A stretch of DNA of 57,779 bases from the IMG/VR virus record IMGVR_UViG_3300036770_004266, positions 1 to 57,779 of that record; one strand, written 5' to 3'. Positions 54,999-57,779 of this stretch are shown one piece after another. The notes beneath the pieces are model-generated. The model had not been told where the DNA came from. It did no database searches and was given only the letters and a program-made list of their open reading frames with translations. Made by a program: the position numbers and the translations under genes. Each line of letters starts with the position of its first letter. Positions within the stretch are counted from its first letter, which is position 1. This DNA is from a virus. Taxonomy: Duplodnaviria > Caudoviricetes.

Positions 54999-57165
54999 TT
55001 AATTCTTCCTTGAGTGCTTTGAATGTTTTGTATTCTTTTTCTTCCCTAGGCACACAGTTTGGAACTTCTCGTCCATTCTTTTTCTTTGTACCTATCATCT
55101 TATATCCTGTCCAACAAGGATCCTTGGCGCCTCCCTGTAATTTGCCGGCCTCATCCAGATCTGCAGATTCTATATTTAAAGTTTTAGGATAACCCTTTTC
55201 ACCGGGCCTTGCGGGACGCTCACCGCGTTTTCTTTTAGCATGTATATTATCCCAAAGTCCTTTTTTCTTACCTTCTTCTAGGTCTGTTTCCTCTTTATAA
55301 ATTAATTTATCTGCCCTATTCCATGCCCTGCGCTGAGCATCAGCAGTCCATCTCTTACCAATACGAGTAATTGATTTATCTGCCTTTTCCTGATCTTTTG
55401 GATTTTTTGTAGATGCGGCTCTCTCTGCGCGCTTAGCATATGCATTAAGTGCGGTGTTTTGAGAAATCTCATCAAGCTCTTCGGTTTCTTCAACCATTCC
55501 TTCCTTGCGCTTGTGGCCTTCCATCCAAGAATGAAGACCTTCCATATCAGAATGAACCTTTGAAAGTTTGTTCTGATACCACTCCTCAATCTCTCCATCC
55601 ATTTCCAAATATTCGATTATTTCTTCAGCGGCATACTTTATGAAATGTGCTTGAGTAGCTGCCATCTCCGTTTTTTCCTCAGTATCGCTCATTTTTTCTT
55701 CATTATAACCATACACATCCTTGGCTCCTCGTTTTACGGCAGACTTATAGGCTTTATCTGCTTGTAAACTAGGATCAGCTCGCCAGTCTCCTCTACCCAT
55801 TCTTCTCTTTTGAGTTTCAGTAGGAGTCATTTTTCTAAAATCTTGGTCTCTTCTTTGAGCAACACTCTTAGCCAGGCCTGCGCTAACCTCATCAATCTGA
55901 TCTGTTTCTTCATTGATTTTAGTCATATCTTTCGGGGCCATTTTTTTAGTAGTGCCGTCCTCACGCTTAACGGTATAATACTTTTCAGTATCCTCGCCTT
56001 CTTCCTTATCAAGTTTTACAACCTCGCCTTTCATGCCGCTAGCTTTACATTTAACTTTGTCTCCAACCTTGAAGTGAGATTCTTCAAGTTCAACACTTTC
56101 ATTTTTACCCGTTATTTTTTTCCTTAATTTATTAGCAAATTTTCTAACATGATATTCTATAGCTCTTCCTGCCACTCCCCCTCCTACCCGGCCCGGACCT
56201 TCCATGCCTATTTTCGATCCGGCATACTGCCCTATTAAGCTACCAACAGTACTACCAATACTCTCATCTACTTCTTTATTCGCAATCTTTTCTTTTGTTT
56301 TACGCACTGCAGTTTGAATGCCTGCCTGACGCTTTCTAAATTTACCTGTACCAGTAACCGCAGATTTTAATCCGGATACCGCAGCTTTAGTTGTATAAGA
56401 CATAAACTTGCCTGCGGAATCAAGGACTTCATCTACTTGTTCTGCTTCTTCCTTCTGCATATCCTTGGATTTTTTATTAATTTTTTCCTGTGCCTTTGCC
56501 GCACCTTCTCTGCGTTTAGGATCGGATGAAAATTTTGCCCTTGTTGCATACTTAGTTAGAGTAGTTTGATCTAATTCATCGAGCTCTTCAACTTCTTCTT
56601 TAGTCATAGACTTCATAGCAGGATTTTTTATTTTTGCTTGGCGAAGTTTATCAGACATACCACTTTTTGGTTCATCTTTGTCGTTGATTGGAGTAAAACC
56701 AAGAGGCCTGCCATCATTGAAATCTCCATAGTTATTTTTCTGAGAAGGAGCACCGCGCTTTCCAAGCCCCAATCCAGGCCTGAATCCAGGATATTTTGCC
56801 TCATCAAGGTCAACATCTTCTTTACGAATAGAAAGTTTATCTGCAGGACTAGGGCCAAATCCTTTTTCTTTTTTTGTTTCTTTTTCGGATTGATTCATTG
56901 CTTTCCTGGCTAGATTTTGCGCCACGTTTTTTGTCTTTGCTGATGTCTGCGGTTTTTTCCAACCCGTATCTGAATAGGTTTCTTCATTTTTTGGACCACG
57001 CTCTGCGCCCAGCTTTGCGGCTATTGCCATTTGCCTGCGCTTCTCTTTACTCTTACCTGCAAATTGGGGGGCGTCTGATTTCTTAAAATCAGATATCCAA
57101 TCAGACATAGAGTCCGATGCCTTTAATTTTTCTTGAAGAGCAAAAAAATATCTATTCAGACTCAT
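54976..57165 (-). CDS. Large prohead-core/internal-head protein with repeated acidic linkers
   Basis: 729 aa at the gp68/IP locus; basic modules separated by EE-x(2-3)-(L/I/V)-(D/E)-E linkers. Confidence 0.8.
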   Translation of the reverse strand: MSLNRYFFALQEKLKASDSMSDWISDFKKSDAPQFAGKSKEKRRQMAIAAKLGAERGPKNEETYSDTGWKKPQTSAKTKNVAQNLARKAMNQSEKETKKEKGFGPSPADKLSIRKEDVDLDEAKYPGFRPGLGLGKRGAPSQKNNYGDFNDGRPLGFTPINDKDEPKSGMSDKLRQAKIKNPAMKSMTKEEVEELDELDQTTLTKYATRAKFSSDPKRREGAAKAQEKINKKSKDMQKEEAEQVDEVLDSAGKFMSYTTKAAVSGLKSAVTGTGKFRKRQAGIQTAVRKTKEKIANKEVDESIGSTVGSLIGQYAGSKIGMEGPGRVGGGVAGRAIEYHVRKFANKLRKKITGKNESVELEESHFKVGDKVKCKASGMKGEVVKLDKEEGEDTEKYYTVKREDGTTKKMAPKDMTKINEETDQIDEVSAGLAKSVAQRRDQDFRKMTPTETQKRRMGRGDWRADPSLQADKAYKSAVKRGAKDVYGYNEEKMSDTEEKTEMAATQAHFIKYAAEEIIEYLEMDGEIEEWYQNKLSKVHSDMEGLHSWMEGHKRKEGMVEETEELDEISQNTALNAYAKRAERAASTKNPKDQEKADKSITRIGKRWTADAQRRAWNRADKLIYKEETDLEEGKKKGLWDNIHAKRKRGERPARPGEKGYPKTLNIESADLDEAGKLQGGAKDPCWTGYKMIGTKKKNGREVPNCVPREEKEYKTFKALKEELNGDSNRS

Positions 57166-57322
57166 CCTGTTTTGCTCCTAGAGATTGGGCAATTTCTATC
57201 TTTTTATCTTCTAACGCAGACGCTACTTTTGCAGCGACAATTTGCTGAAATGCCTCGGCTGCATCATGATTATTGTCATCTAATAAGCTGTCTATCATAT
57301 CTCTAACTTCTGTAGTTTCCAC
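57152..57322 (-). CDS. Small prohead core protein (T4 gp67-like)
   Basis: GGAG RBS, GTG start, 56 aa ...AAEAFQQIVAAKVASALEDKKIEIA...; directly after the portal; not in the ORF track. Confidence 0.75.
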   Translation of the reverse strand: METTEVRDMIDSLLDDNNHDAAEAFQQIVAAKVASALEDKKIEIAQSLGAKQDESE

Positions 57323-57333
57323 TTTATTACTCC

Positions 57334-57779
57334 TTATTGTCCATTAATATTATTTATAGCCTGAGGACCTCCAGCTTGCGAGGGATCCATCTGAGGTGGT
57401 GGCGGTTCTTCCTGCATATCCGCTTCCATATTTTCTATCTCGGCATCATTCATGCGAAGGACATTCTTTTGAATATATTTCTTACTAAAGTAATATCCCA
57501 GATAAGGCTGCATTTGATTTAGAAGATCTAATCTATTGCGATAGTTCTCAGCATTCTTAACTTCTTCAAAATACTGATCCTGCGCAAATCTATATTGAAT
57601 ATCTTCTTTGATCCATTCCCAATCTTTTTCAGTAATGATGCCTTTTAATTCCAACTGCACCTTTAAAAGATCATTGAATAATTCGATAAACTTTTTACGG
57701 AGGCGTGCAACGAATTTAGCAAACTTCAATTCATCCCTAGTAATTTCTGTGGCCCTACCAAAGGATATTCCCGTCTGAG
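57334..57779 (-). CDS. gp20: Portal protein (T4 gp20-like), C-terminal part, truncated by the window edge
   Basis: GRATEITRDELKFAKFVARLRKKF, QLELKGII, YFSKKYIQKNVL. Confidence 0.95.
   Translation of the reverse strand, partial: QTGISFGRATEITRDELKFAKFVARLRKKFIELFNDLLKVQLELKGIITEKDWEWIKEDIQYRFAQDQYFEEVKNAENYRNRLDLLNQMQPYLGYYFSKKYIQKNVLRMNDAEIENMEADMQEEPPPPQMDPSQAGGPQAINNINGQ

Noticed and set aside
51262-57086. Alternate-frame and antisense ORFs within the head genes
   Set aside because: Shadows of well-supported structural genes.

Overview
57.8 kb segment of a large T4-like myovirus genome, almost all on the minus strand. Gene order resembles T4-like cyanophage/freshwater myoviruses, and a lipobox protein plus sigma70 promoters suggest a bacterial, probably diderm, host. 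Right to left: head module (gp20 partial, gp67-like, a 729-aa repeat-punctuated core protein, gp21, gp22, gp23), gp3, uvsY, uvsW, gp55; a 7-deazaguanine cluster (queE, PRTase, folE, dpdA-like, dpdL-like, queD) interleaved with two GT4 glycosyltransferases and galE; gp47/gp46, def, 2OG-Fe(II) oxygenase, cobT/cobS-like pair; a GDP-fucose/colitose and glycosyltransferase island; gp45/44/62, regA, hsp20; a plus-strand late operon of secreted and membrane proteins; gp43, uvsX, gp41; early genes; and 16 tRNA genes with structured spacers. The main finding is the leader of the tRNA operon (2714-2934): a promoter, a 34-codon leader ORF containing all 20 amino acids (29 distinct codons), and mutually exclusive antiterminator/terminator hairpins. 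This looks like a translation-coupled attenuator that would switch on phage tRNAs when any host tRNA becomes limiting. All protein calls come from motif recognition and synteny by eye; no database searches were run.
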